A program made the translations under genes and the position numbers. The notes under the pieces were generated by a model. The model was not told the DNA's origin. It worked only from the letters and a program-made list of their open reading frames with translations, and made no database searches. Of a stretch of DNA of 64,000 nucleotides, positions 30,463 to 41,285 are shown piece by piece (position 1 is the stretch's first letter; every line of letters begins with the position of its first letter). This DNA comes from an uncultured Chloroflexia bacterium (GTDB lineage Bacteria; Chloroflexota; Anaerolineae; B4-G1; SLSP01). The DNA lies in NCBI GenBank assembly GCA_963751345.1, contig CAVVUS010000033.1:33578-97577 (forward strand). The letters run 5' to 3'.

Positions 30463-32853
30463 ATGTCTCCGGATGGAGGAGGTCGATTGTCGACTGGCGA
30501 ATCACTCCGCGCGTTGGCGGCCAAGTTGGGGTTGGCGATGGCGGCGGCAAATGAGGGGATGTGGGAAGAGACGGTAGGCCAGGCGGACACGGTCTTTGAT
30601 GACGTAGCGGTGGCGATGATCGGCTACACGCGCGACGAGGTGGAGCCGACGCTGCCGTGGTGGACGGCGCAGATCCACCCGGACGATCGGGCGCGGGCCG
30701 AAATGGCGATGGCCGATTACGTCGCGGGCCGGGCGGCGGCCTACGACGAGGAGTACCGGATCCGTCACAAGGAGGGTCACTACATCTGGGTACATTCCAC
30801 GGCCCAGATGTGGTCGCCGGGCCCGGATGACGCACTGCCGCACATCGTGGGCATCCGGCGAGACATCACGGAGCGGAAGCGCTCCGAGCAGGCGCTGCGC
30901 GAGAGCGAGGCCCGGTATCGACAGCTCTTCGAGCACGCGGCGCTCGGCATCGGATACTACACGGTGGAGGGTGTCGTGATCGCCTACAACGACGTCGCGG
31001 CCGGCGCGATGGGTGGGCGGCCCGAGGACTTTGCCGGCAAGTCGCTCTTCGACCTCTTCAATCCTGCCGATGCCACGGAGTACCTGGCGCGCATTCGTAC
31101 GGTCGCGACCTCGGGAGTTGGCGGCCAGGTCTATGAGGACCTTGTCCGGACTGCGTCGGGCAAACGTTGGTTTCGTTCGACCTATGCCGCGATGGTGGAT
31201 GGTGCCGGCGAGGTCGTCGGTGTCCAGATCGTTTCAGATGAGATCTCCGATCGGGTGCGGGCCGAGCAGGCGCTCCGCGCGAGCGAGGCGCGCTACCGGC
31301 TGCTCTTCGAGAACGCGGGCTGGGGCATCAGCTACTACACGCCTGACGGTCGGTTGGTTACGGTCAACCGTGCCGCCGCGGAGATCCTCGGGCGCGAACC
31401 CCAGGAAATCACCGGTGCCTCGGCGCTCGATATCTACGGGCGCGAGATGGGCGAGCGGATGCTGCGTGAGATCCGGCGGGTGGCAGCGACGGGGGTGGGC
31501 GAGGACGACGAGCGCGAGGTGACCACGCCCGCAGGGAGCCGTTGGATCCGCACCAGGTCTGTGCCGGTGCCGGGGCCCGACGGGAAGGTGATGGGCGTTC
31601 AGGTGATCTGCGAGGACCTGACCCAGCGATACCTGGCTGAGCGGTCCCTCAGGCAGAGTCATACTCAGCTCGAGGATGCTCTGGACGAGCTGCGATCGAC
31701 GCAGGACACTTTGGTGCACCACGAGCGGCTCTCGGCCATTGGTCAGCTGGCGGCGGGCGTCGCCCACGACTTCAACAACATCCTCGCCTCGATCACGCTC
31801 TACAGCGAGATGGCACAGCGTGCCCCGGATATGCCGGAGGCTTACGCTAAGTGGATGCAGACGATCAGTGTCGAGGCGGGCCACGGTGCCCACCTCATCC
31901 AGCAGATTCTGGACTTTGGCCGCCGGACGCTGATGGAGCGGCGCCCGCTGGCGCTGGTCCCCTTCCTTCGGGAATCCGTGGCGCTGCTGGAGCGGACGCT
32001 GCCCGAGAATATCGCTGTCGGCCTCACCTGGGGGACCGACGACTACGAGATCAACGCCGACCCCACGCGCATCCAGCAAGTGATCGTGAATCTGGCGCTC
32101 AATGCTCGCGACGCGATGCCTAGGGGCGGCCGGCTGGACATCGTCGTATCGCGGACGCCCCCCGGCGCACGCGTGCACTGCACGCTCTGCGGCGAGGACC
32201 ACACCGGTGAATGGGTCCAGGTGACGCTCACGGATAGCGGTACGGGCATCCCTCCGAGTGTTCTGGACCGCATCTTCGAGCCCTTTTTCACGACGCGAGG
32301 GCCGCAGGGGCACGGATTGGGGTTGGCCCAGGTCAGCGGCATCGTGGAGCAGCACCGAGGCCACATCGGTGTGGAGACAGGCGTGGGACTGGGGACCACC
32401 TTCCGGCTGTGGTTCCCCGCCCTGGCCGTGGCAGCCGGGGCCGGTGATGGGGACGGGCCGGGTGGGCGTGCGGTCTCCTCTGGTCACGGCCAGAAGGTAC
32501 TGGTCGTGGAGGACAACGCCTCGACACGCCGGGCGCTTATGGACGCCGCCGAGCTCCTCGGATACGACGTTCAGGGCGTGGGCTGCGGTCTGGAGGCCCT
32601 CGAGGTGTTGACGGCGCCGGGCCATGAGATCGCGCTCGTGCTCTGCGACCACGTGATGCCGGAGATGGATGGCTCTGCCCTGGTCGCTGCGCTCGAGGGG
32701 CGCGGCATCGACACGCGCGTCATCATGGTGACCGGATACGCGCGCGGGAGCGGGTTCGACGCCGCGGCCTCCGGGATCGTCGTGGGATGGATCCAGAAGC
32801 CGGTGGGATTGGCGGAGCTCTCCGACGCCATAGCGGCTGCGTTAGCAGGCTGA
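30463..32853 (+). CDS. Hybrid histidine kinase, three PAS domains + HisKA + HATPase + REC
   Basis: IHPDD..EYRIRHKEG..DITERK; GQLAAGVAHDFNNIL; NLALNARDAM, DSGTG, FEPFFTT, GLGL; VLVVED, CDHVMP, QKP. Confidence 0.93.
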   Translation: MSPDGGGRLSTGESLRALAAKLGLAMAAANEGMWEETVGQADTVFDDVAVAMIGYTRDEVEPTLPWWTAQIHPDDRARAEMAMADYVAGRAAAYDEEYRIRHKEGHYIWVHSTAQMWSPGPDDALPHIVGIRRDITERKRSEQALRESEARYRQLFEHAALGIGYYTVEGVVIAYNDVAAGAMGGRPEDFAGKSLFDLFNPADATEYLARIRTVATSGVGGQVYEDLVRTASGKRWFRSTYAAMVDGAGEVVGVQIVSDEISDRVRAEQALRASEARYRLLFENAGWGISYYTPDGRLVTVNRAAAEILGREPQEITGASALDIYGREMGERMLREIRRVAATGVGEDDEREVTTPAGSRWIRTRSVPVPGPDGKVMGVQVICEDLTQRYLAERSLRQSHTQLEDALDELRSTQDTLVHHERLSAIGQLAAGVAHDFNNILASITLYSEMAQRAPDMPEAYAKWMQTISVEAGHGAHLIQQILDFGRRTLMERRPLALVPFLRESVALLERTLPENIAVGLTWGTDDYEINADPTRIQQVIVNLALNARDAMPRGGRLDIVVSRTPPGARVHCTLCGEDHTGEWVQVTLTDSGTGIPPSVLDRIFEPFFTTRGPQGHGLGLAQVSGIVEQHRGHIGVETGVGLGTTFRLWFPALAVAAGAGDGDGPGGRAVSSGHGQKVLVVEDNASTRRALMDAAELLGYDVQGVGCGLEALEVLTAPGHEIALVLCDHVMPEMDGSALVAALEGRGIDTRVIMVTGYARGSGFDAAASGIVVGWIQKPVGLAELSDAIAAALAG

Positions 32854-32990
32854 TGTCTCTGCCGGTTGGTGCGTCAGGGCCAAGCGCGGCGTTGAGCTTC
32901 CGGCAGGGCGCTAAGTGTGGCAACGTACCAACGTGATAGCGCGCCGCATCGAGTATAATGGCCGTGAGTCTGACACATAAGGAGAGCTCA

Positions 32991-34283
32991 TTGGCCACCC
33001 ACAGCCTCATCGTCACACTGAAGAACCTGCGGGGGAACGCGCGTGGATGCGTGCTCACCGAGCCCCTGTGGGGTATCCCCTTCAACCTCTACTCCCCCTA
33101 CGTCTCGATCTACATGCTCGCCCTGGGGCTGACCGACAGCAAGATCGGCCTGATCGTGAGCGTCGGCACCGCCTTCCAGGTCATCTGGACGCTGATGAGC
33201 GGCGCGATCACCGATAAGCTCGGGCGCAAGCGTACGACGCTGATCTTTGATGCGCTTTCGTGGAGCGTTCCCTGTCTGATCTGGGCCGCAGCACAGAACT
33301 TCGACTACTTCCTCGTGGCGGCGATGGTCAATGCGGTGTGGCGGGTGACGGACAACTCGTGGAGCTGCCTGCTGGTAGAGGACACCGAGCCTTCGCTCCT
33401 GATCGACATCTGGTCGTGGATCCAGATTGCCGGGCTGCTTTCGGCGTTCTTCGCACCTCTGACAGGCCTGATCATCGGCCGCTTCGGGTTGGTCTCCACG
33501 ATGCGGGGGCTCTATCTGCTGGCGTTTGTGATGATGACCACCAAGTTCCTGGCGACGAACGCGATGGTGAGCGAGACGCAGCAGGGGCGGGTGCGGATGG
33601 CGGAGACGGCCCATCAGCCGGTCTTCGCGATCGTGAAGGAGTCGCCCGCGGTACTCAAGCAGATTCTCAAGACGCCGGCGACGCTCTACACTGCGGCGCT
33701 GATGCTGATCCTCAATGTCGAGCATGTCGATCCGCGGCACGTTCTGGCCGGTGCTCGCGTCGAAAGAGATTGGGATCCCGGCGGAGCACCTGGCGCTCTA
33801 TCCCTTCGCCCGGTCGGTCACGATGATGGTCTTCTTCTTCCTCGTAATGCCCCGGCTGAAGCGGATGGCGGCCCTGAGCCGGATCGGTGAGAGCGTTCTG
33901 ATGATCACAGGATTCGGCCTCTTCATCGTGAGTCAGGCGCTCCTCGTGGTGGCCCCCGTAGGCAACATCTGGGTGCTCTATCTGGTCGCGATCCTGGAGG
34001 GCTGCGCCCTTCCGCTCACGAGTACGATGATGGCCAAGTTGACCGTGGTCACGGTCGATCCTAAAGAGCGGGCGCGGATTATGGCCTGGCTCAGCGCGAT
34101 CGTGCTTCTTGCGGCGTCGCCCTTCGGGTGGGTGGCGGGCCAGCTTTCGTCGCTCAACCGAAGGTATCCCTTCGTGCTCGTGGTGGTGCTCTTCACCATT
34201 GGCGGCCTGATCACCCTGGCAGCGAGCCGCAGCGCGCACCGCACCGAGGTGCTGGTAGGAGACGCGCTCGTCCCGGAGCCTAG
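32991..34283 (+). CDS. MFS transporter (frameshift near 33718)
   Basis: GNARGCVLTEPLWGIP, GAITDKLGRKRT, multiple TM helices. The end is uncertain; a TAG at 34281 is out of frame as sequenced. Confidence 0.82.
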
Positions 34284-34293
34284 GAGGCGGCGG

Positions 34294-35287
34294 ATGCGAC
34301 AGGTTGTGGTTGCGGACAAAGGTGCTCGGGAATGGCAGGGCATCCCGACGATCGACCGCGCCGCGAACGGGCGGCTGTGGTCGGCGTTCTTCAGTGGTGG
34401 CCCGAGGGAGCCGGATCCTGACAACCAGATCCTCCTGACCACGAGCGCCGACGACGGGGCGACGTGGACGCCGCCGCACGTGGTGGTCGATCCACCGGGG
34501 CCGACGCGGGCCTACGACCCGTGTCTGTGGCACGATCTCTCGGGACGTCTGTGGCTGTTCTACAACCGTGCCGACTTGGGAGATCGCGAGTTCGCGATTT
34601 GGGCATGGTCGCCGAGGAAAATGGGACGGCGACGCCACGTGGTCGGAACCGCGGCGTATCGAGCTCGGTGTGCCCTTCGCCTTCCGGCTCAACAAGCCAA
34701 CGGTGCTGGGCAGCGGCTCGTGGCTATTGCCGGTCACCTGGGCGCGAGAAGCTCCGACGGCGTGGTTCGCCGGGGAAGGGCGGCTGCAGGGCGTGGCGAT
34801 CTCCCGGGACCGGGGCGCGTCGGTCTCGGGGCGGTCAAGGCGCCGGCCTGGGCGCTGGAAGATATGGTCGTGGAACGTGCCGGCGAGCTGCTGTGGATGT
34901 TGATCCGCACCGGGTCCGGGGTATTGTGGCAGAGCTTCTCTGAGGACGGCGGCGTGACCTGGTCGAAGGCCACTCCGACCGATATCGTCAACCCCGGCGT
35001 CAGGTTTTCGTCCGCAGGCTGGCGTCGGAGCGGTTGCTCCTGATCAACACGCCGAACCCAACGGCGCGCCAGGGCTGGTGGCTTATCTGAGCGATCCACA
35101 GGACCAGACGCGGTTCGTGGGTGGGCTCGAGCTCGATTCGCGAGATATGGTGTCGTATCCCGACGCGGTGCAGGCACCGGACGGGCGAATCTACAGCGTC
35201 CACGATCACGACCGGCAGGGCGTCGGGGAGATCAGGCTCAGCGTGTTCTCGGAGGAGGAGATTCCGAGGGCACCAGGTTGGGGGTAG
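34294..35287 (+). CDS. Sialidase / BNR (Asp-box) family protein (frameshifts)
   Basis: GGAGG RBS at 34283; WQGIPTI, SADDGATW, SEDGGVTWS, SYPDAVQAPDGRIY. Confidence 0.8.
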
Positions 35288-35399
35288 GGGCGGTGTGAAG
35301 GATCCACGTCTACAGGGTTGGGATTCTTCGCCTTCGGCTCAGAATGACATTTCCATCCTTCAGGTTCGGCGACCACCAGCCTAAGTGAGGAGGTATGCG

Positions 35400-35719
35400 A
35401 TGATCAGTCGGATCTGGCACGGATGGACGACGCCGGCGAACGCGGATGTCTACGAGGGGTTGCTGAAAGAGGAGATCTTCGTCGGCATCGCCGGCCGGAA
35501 GTCGAGGGCTATCAGGGCATTCACCTTCTTCGGCGCGACGTCGGCGAGAAGGTGGAGTTCGTGACGATCATGTGGTTCGACTCGCTGGACGCCGTGCGCG
35601 TCTTCGCGGGCGACGACTACGAGGTCGCGGTGGTGCCGCCCAAGGCCCGGGCAGTGCTCTCGCACTTCGACGCGCGCTCGCAGCACTACGAGGTCGAAGC
35701 GGTGAGGATGGTGGAGTGA
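35400..35719 (+). CDS. Antibiotic biosynthesis monooxygenase-fold protein (frameshift near 35500)
   Basis: MISRIWHGWTTPANADVYE...EFVTIMWFDSLDAVRVFAGDDYEVAVVPP...HYEV. Confidence 0.85.
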
Positions 35720-35785
35720 GACCTTTGGGGTTTTTGGCCCGAGTGCCGAAGGGTACGAGCAGACTCGGGCTTGCCTGAAGGTCTT
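35719..35785. repeat. REP-like palindrome family A, degenerate right arm
   Basis: AGACCTTTGGGGTTT...GAAGGTCT, with an inner GCCCGAGT/ACTCGGGC stem. Confidence 0.65.
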
Positions 35786-35793
35786 CCGGGTAG

Positions 35794-36361
35794 GGAGAAC
35801 TTATCGATTCGCTGCTCCAGGCGTTCAACGCCGATGGCTTGCTCAAGGCCCTGATCGCACTCCTGCCGCGTCTGGTCAGCGGTCTGGTCCTCTTCCTGAT
35901 ATTCTGGATCGTCGCGGTCGTCACCCAGGCGGTCCTACGTCGCGTCCTGAGACGTCGTCCGATCGGCCCCGACGTCGAGCAGTTGCTCGTGCGCGGGCTG
36001 AAGATCACGCTGATGGCCATAGGCGTCGTCACGGCGCTCGGCACGATGGGCGCAGACATCGGCGGCCTGGTCGCCAGCCTCGGGCTGGTCCGCTTCGCGG
36101 TCGGCTTCGCGCTGAAGGAGGCCATCTCCAACAGCTCGCCGGGATCCTGCTGCTGGCCTATCGCCCGTTCAGGCGGGGCGACGTCATCACCGTCGCCGGC
36201 AACGAGGGTACCGTCGTCAACATCGACCTACGCTACACCGTCCTCGATACCAACGCCCAGCGCATCCTGGTGCCGATCTGCAGCTCTTCACAAACGTCGT
36301 GAAGGTCAACAAACCGACGGTGGACGCGCAGGGCTGGTCGGCCGAACTGAAGATTCGCTGA
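35794..36361 (+). CDS. MscS small mechanosensitive channel family protein (frameshifts, start codon not evident)
   Basis: ALGTMGADIGGLVASLGL..AVGFALKEAISN; shifted frame reads YRPFRRGDVITVAGNEGTVVNIDLRYT. Confidence 0.78.
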
Positions 36362-36429
36362 GAAAGGCACGCTGGTAATGATCTTCTAACGGATATCTGT
36401 CAGAGTGAGGGGTAGAGATAAACACATAT

Positions 36430-37113
36430 CCTTCGGCCCGAACTCAACCTACTTTCGGTTTGCACTGCCCGGACTGCTGCTGGGGTTGCTCGGCAGGCGT
36501 GGGTGCAGGATTATAACAAGTGGCTGCGCGTTCGCAACGGGGCGAACCTCGGTGCGGATGCTGCCCAACGGCTAGTCCGGCAAACCGGGTTACAGTTGAC
36601 CGTGAAGGCACTGGCGAGGTCCTCAGCGATCACGATGACCCGCAACAACACGCTGAGCTCGTCGCAGAACGTCGCACAGCAGCCCTCGGTGGCATCGCTG
36701 GCGATCGTGGCCCACGAGCTGGGCCACGCCGAGCAGGATGCACGCAGTTCGCCCTGCTCCGGCTGCGGTCGGGGAAGGTGCCCGTCGCGAACTTCGGGTC
36801 GTGGTTGGGACCGATCCTCTTCTTGATCGGCATCTTCACCGGGATCTACGACCTGGCGTGGCTGGGCGTCATCTGTTTCGCCGGCGCGACCGTCTTCTCG
36901 CTGATCACGCTGCCGGTGGAGCTCGATGCTAGCCGGCGCGGTCTGGCGATGCTGAACCAGAGCGGCCTGCTGCACAGCGACGAAGAGCGGAAGGGCGCTC
37001 GGAGGGTGCTCACGGCGGCAGCTTTCACCTACGTCGCAGCCCTGGTCCAGTCGCTTTCGAGCTTGCTCTACTACGGCTCGGTGCTCGGCGGCACGCGGCG
37101 TCGACGCGGTTAG
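36430..37113 (+). CDS. Membrane zinc metallopeptidase, YugP / Zn_peptidase_2-like (multiple indels)
   Basis: SVASLAIVAHELGHAEQD; LITLPVELDASRRGL; GARRVLTAAAFTYVAA. Confidence 0.8.
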
Positions 37114-37189
37114 GTATCCGGTAGATCGGCCCAATCTGTCAGAATTCGACGAGGAACAGGATCGCGGCCGAAGGTACCCCACGCTCATG

Positions 37190-37221
37190 ACGAAGGGGCG
37201 CAGCATGCTGCGCCCCTTCGT
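37190..37221. repeat. Perfect 32-bp palindrome between convergent genes (REP-like or terminator)
   Basis: ACGAAGGGGCGCAGCATGCTGCGCCCCTTCGT. Confidence 0.75.
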
Positions 37222-37344
37222 GTTCAGGGGTAAGTCGCATCCTCGAAGTCCTCCCTTGGGAGAGGATTGGGACCGCTCATTGTAGTCCGTGAAATCCCTG
37301 CGATCTGCCCGCGTCCGAGCGGCGGAATCCGTGATTCAGACAGC

Positions 37345-38533
37345 CTACTCGAACGTGACGACTTTCCCCTCTTGATCACCATCGCGCGAGGGTTGAAGCC
37401 CAGGTAGTAGACCAGCTCATCCGGCGACGAGACGTCCCACAGGACCAGGTCGGCCTGCTTCCCGGCCTCGATGGTGCCGAGGCGGTCGGCGCGGCCAAGG
37501 GCGCGGGCGGCGTGGACCGTGATGCCCGCGAGCGCCTCCTCGGGCGTGAGGCCCAACATCACACAGGCCATGTTGGCCGCGGTCAGAAGCGAGAAGCACG
37601 GGGCGGAGCCCGGGTTGGCATCGGTGGCCACGGCCATCGGCACGCCGGCCTCGCGGAAAAGGTCGACCGGCGGGCGACGGCTCTCGCGTAGATAGTAGAG
37701 CGCGCAGGGGAGGAGGACGGCGACGGTGCCCGCCCAAGCCATCCGAACGACGTCCGCTGCGGCGAGGTGCTCCAGGTGGTCGGCGGAGACTGCGCCATGT
37801 CCGCGGCAAGCCCGGCGCTGCCGAGGTAGCTGAGCTGCTCGGCGTGGACCTTGATCGCCAGCCCATAGCGCCGGGCGGACTCGAAGATGCGCTGCGTCTG
37901 GGCGAGGGTGAAGCCGATCGACTCGCAGAAGACGTCCACGGCCTCGACGCGCCCCGCCATCGCAGGGATCATCTCATCGCAGACCAGATCCACGTAGGCT
38001 TCAGGGTGCCCGTCGAACTCCGGCGGGAGGGCGTGAGCGCCAAGGAAGGTCTTGGCGATCTCGACGGGCAGCTCGCTCGCCAGTATGTCCATCGCATCCA
38101 CCATCTTGAGCTCGGTCGCGAGATCCAGCCCATACCCTGTCTTGGCTTCCAGCGTCGTGACGCCCTCGTGGAGCAGGTTCAGCACGCGCGGGCGTGCGGA
38201 CTCGGCCAGCTCGCGGGCCGACCTTTCCCGCGTCGCGCGCACCGTCGACAGGATGCCCCCGCCCCGGCGGGCGATCTCCTCGTACGTGACCCCCTGTAGC
38301 CGGTCGCTGAACTCGCGCGCTCGGTTGCCGCCGTAGACGATGTGAGTGTGGCAGTCGATGAGCCCCGGCGTGACCAGGCCGCCCCCCGCGTCGATCACCC
38401 TCTCTGCAGACGGGGATTCGCTCCCAAGCCCGACCCACAGGATCCGGTCGCCACGGATGGCGATGGCGCCCTCCGGTATCAGGTCGTAATGGCCCCCCAC
38501 CATCGTGGCGAGCGTCGCGTTGCGGATGAGCAT
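37345..38533 (-). CDS. hutI: Imidazolonepropionase (frameshifts near 37790-37745 and at the 3' end)
   Basis: TPGLIDCHTH, YEEIARRGGGILSTV, GVTTLEAKTGYGL, FLGAHA, DVFCE, KVHAEQL, ATDANPGS. Confidence 0.93.
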
Positions 38534-38607
38534 ATCCGATTTCGTGTCGATGCTCCATTGCGCGGATTCATTGGGGTGAGTATACTTGCGATAGGTGAGT
38601 TCTCAAG

Positions 38608-38762
38608 AACCTTCGCAAGGCTCGCCAGTGCCAGGCACTTTCCGAAGTGCCTGGCACTTGACCCGTCAGCGGCTCGGGTGGAGAGGTCTGAGCGATCAGG
38701 CGTTGGCGCGTTGTTCAGGTGCCAGGCACTCCGCCTCGGAAGGCGGGAAGTGCCAGGCACCC
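38608..38762. repeat. Composite REP cluster (family C half plus family B units) in the hutI/hutU divergent region
   Basis: AACCTTCGCAAGG; AGTGCCAGGCACTTTCCGAAGTGCCTGGCACT hairpin; GTGCCAGGCACTCCGCCTCGGAAGGCGGGAAGTGCCAGGCAC. Confidence 0.75.
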
Positions 38763-38796
38763 GGGGACGCGCCACGTGACAGCACAGGAGGTACCG

Positions 38797-40467
38797 ATGC
38801 CCACGCGTTACGATGCCGAACGTCGGATCAAGGCGCCGACCGGGACGGAGTTGACGTGCCGGTCGTGGTTGACCGAGGCGCCCATGCGGATGCTGATGAA
38901 CAACCTCGATGCCGAGGTGGCGGAGAAGCCCGCGGAGCTGGTGGTCTACGGCGGGATCGGGCGTGCCGCCCGCAACTGGGAATGCTACGACAAGATCGTC
39001 GAGACGCTCCAGCGGCTGAAGCGTGACGAGACGCTCCTGATCCAGTCGGGCAAGCCGGTGGGTGTTTTCAGAACGAGCGTCAATGCCCCGCGTGTCCTCA
39101 TCGCCAACTCCAACCTGGTGCCGCATTGGGCGACATGGGAGCATTTCAACGAGCTTGACCGGGCCGGGTTGATGATGTACGGGCAGATGACCGCGGGGTC
39201 GTGGATCTACATCGGGACGCAGGGCATCATCCAGGGGACGTATGAGACCTTCGTCGCCGCCGGGAAGAAACACTACGGCGGCGATCTGTCGGGGAAGTGG
39301 TTCCTCACCGGGGGTCTGGGCGGGATGGGTGGGGCGCAGCCACTGGCCTGCACGATGGCGGGCGCCTCGATGCTGGCTGTGGAGTGCGACCCGGCCCGGA
39401 TCGAGCGGCGCCTGGAGATGGGCTTCATCGACGAGATGGAGACGGATCTCGATCGGGCGTTGGCCAAGATCGAGGCCTCGTGCAAGGCGAGAAGACCGCT
39501 CTCGATCGGGCTCCTGGGCAATGCGGGTGAAGTCTTCCCCGAGTTGGCCCGCCGGGGCGTCCGCCCCGATGCGGTCACCGACCAGACCTCGGCGCATGAC
39601 CCGCTGAATGGCTATCTGCCGGTCGGATGGACCTTGGAGCAAGCGGCCGACCTGCGCGAGACGCACCCCGACCGCGTCATTGCCGCGGCTCGGTCGTCGA
39701 TCGCGCTGCACGTGCGGGCGATGCTGGAGTTCCACTACCGCAAAGTGCCGGTCTTCGACTACGGGAACAACATCCGCCAGGTCGCGTTTGACGCGGGCGT
39801 CCAGCAGGCGTTCGCCTTCCCCGGCTTCGTTCCGGCCTACATCCGCCCGCTCTTCTGCCGCGGAATCGGCCCCTTCCGCTGGGTTGCGCTCAGCGGCGAC
39901 CCCGAGGATATCTACCGCACGGATGCCAAGGTGAAGGAGCTGATGCCCGACGATGTGCACTTGCACCATTGGCTCGACATGGCGCGCGAGCGCATCCCCT
40001 TCCAGGGGCTGCCCGCGCGGATCTGCTGGGTGGGGCTGGGCGACCGCGCCCGGCTCGGGTTGGCCTTCAACGAGATGGTAGCCAGCGGTGAGCTCAAGGC
40101 GCCCGTTGTGATCGGCCGCGATCACCTCGATTCGGGGTCCGTGGCCAGTCCCAACCGCGAGACCGAGGGCATGCTGGACGGCTCGGACGCCGTCTCCGAT
40201 TGGCCGGTGCTGAACGCACTGCTCAACGCCGTGAGCGGCGCCACGTGGGTCAGCTTCCACCACGGGGGCGGGGTGGGGATGGGGTATTCCCAGCACGCCG
40301 GGCTGGTGATCGTTGCCGACGGCACGCGCTCAGCCGCGCGGCGACTGACCCGCGCGCTGACCAACGATCCGGCTTCGGGCGTCATGCGCCACGCGGACGC
40401 GGGCTATCCGGACGCGATCGAGTTTGCGCAGGAGAAGGGGCTGGATCTGCCGGGGTTGGAGATCTAG
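38797..40467 (+). CDS. hutU: Urocanate hydratase
   Basis: [77 protein letters not shown]. Confidence 0.97.
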   Translation: MPTRYDAERRIKAPTGTELTCRSWLTEAPMRMLMNNLDAEVAEKPAELVVYGGIGRAARNWECYDKIVETLQRLKRDETLLIQSGKPVGVFRTSVNAPRVLIANSNLVPHWATWEHFNELDRAGLMMYGQMTAGSWIYIGTQGIIQGTYETFVAAGKKHYGGDLSGKWFLTGGLGGMGGAQPLACTMAGASMLAVECDPARIERRLEMGFIDEMETDLDRALAKIEASCKARRPLSIGLLGNAGEVFPELARRGVRPDAVTDQTSAHDPLNGYLPVGWTLEQAADLRETHPDRVIAAARSSIALHVRAMLEFHYRKVPVFDYGNNIRQVAFDAGVQQAFAFPGFVPAYIRPLFCRGIGPFRWVALSGDPEDIYRTDAKVKELMPDDVHLHHWLDMARERIPFQGLPARICWVGLGDRARLGLAFNEMVASGELKAPVVIGRDHLDSGSVASPNRETEGMLDGSDAVSDWPVLNALLNAVSGATWVSFHHGGGVGMGYSQHAGLVIVADGTRSAARRLTRALTNDPASGVMRHADAGYPDAIEFAQEKGLDLPGLEI

Positions 40468-40500
40468 CCCAGCTGTTCTCCGCGGACTTGGGATCCCCTC

Positions 40501-41280
40501 CCCCCGGCGTTCCCAGCGGATCTGTGATCCACGGGCTGGGGCAGGCGCCGGGCGGATCGCAGATCCGCCCGGAACGTAGGGGAGAGCTGCTGGTTACACA
40601 CTGGAGGTAACCCCGGCGTGGTTCGCAGCGGATCTGTGATCCGCGGGCTGGGGCAGGCGCCGGGCGGATCACAGATCCGCCCGGAACGTAGGGGAGAGTT
40701 GCTGGTTTCACACTGGAGGTAACCCCGGCGTGGTTCGCAGCGGATCTGTGATCCGCGGGCTCGGGCAGGCGCCGGGCGGATCACAGATCCGCCCGGAACG
40801 TGGGGGAGAGTTGCTGGCTTCACACTGGAGGTAACCCCGGCGTGGTTCGCAGCGGATCTGTGATCCGCGGGCTGGGGCAGGCGCCGGGCGGATCGCAGAT
40901 CCGCCCGGAACGTAGGGGAGAGCTGCCGGTTTCACACTGGAGGTAACCCCGGCGTGGTTCGCAGCGGATCTGTGATCCGCGGGCTCGGGCAAGCGCCGGG
41001 CGGATCACAGATCCGCCCGGAACGTAGGGGGGAGCTGCTGGTTTCACACTGGAGGTAACCCCGGCGTGGTTCGCAGCGGATCTGTGATCCGCGGGCTGGG
41101 GCAGGCGCCGGGCGGATCGCAGATCCGCCCGGAACGTGGGGGAGAGCTGCTAGTTTCACACTGGAGGTGACCCCGGCGTGGTTCGCAGCGGATCTGTGAT
41201 CCGCGGGCTGGGGCAGGCGCCGGGCGGATCGCAGATCCGCCCGGAACGTAGGGGGGAGCTGCTGGCTTTACACTGGAGGC
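40501..41280. repeat. Tandem array of seven ~112-bp units, each with an inverted palindrome pair (BIME-like)
   Basis: Units start at about 40501, 40611, 40723, 40835, 40947, 41059 and 41171. Each holds GCGGATCTGTGATCC(G/A)C ... GCGGATC(A/G)CAGATCCGC and ends in CACTGGAGG. Confidence 0.95.
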
Positions 41281-41285
41281 CACCT

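Noticed and set aside
33715-35043. MFS-sialidase fusion protein
   Set aside because: A TAG overlapping GGAGG at 34281-34287 and an ATG at 34294 indicate two genes; one indel explains the read-through. Not fully excluded without polishing.
38479-40296. Long antisense ORFs (also 25209-27128, 11255-12748, 31234-32652, 53664-55127)
   Set aside because: Shadow frames of well-supported genes in high-GC DNA, with no recognisable motifs.
40501-41280. CRISPR array
   Set aside because: The whole 112-bp unit repeats almost identically, there are no unique spacers, and no cas genes are in the window.
40382-41283. Series of near-identical small ORFs (MKPA.LP.VPGGS...) on the minus strand
   Set aside because: By-products of the 112-bp repeat, whose length is not a multiple of 3. 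They have no RBS and are antisense to the hut operon.
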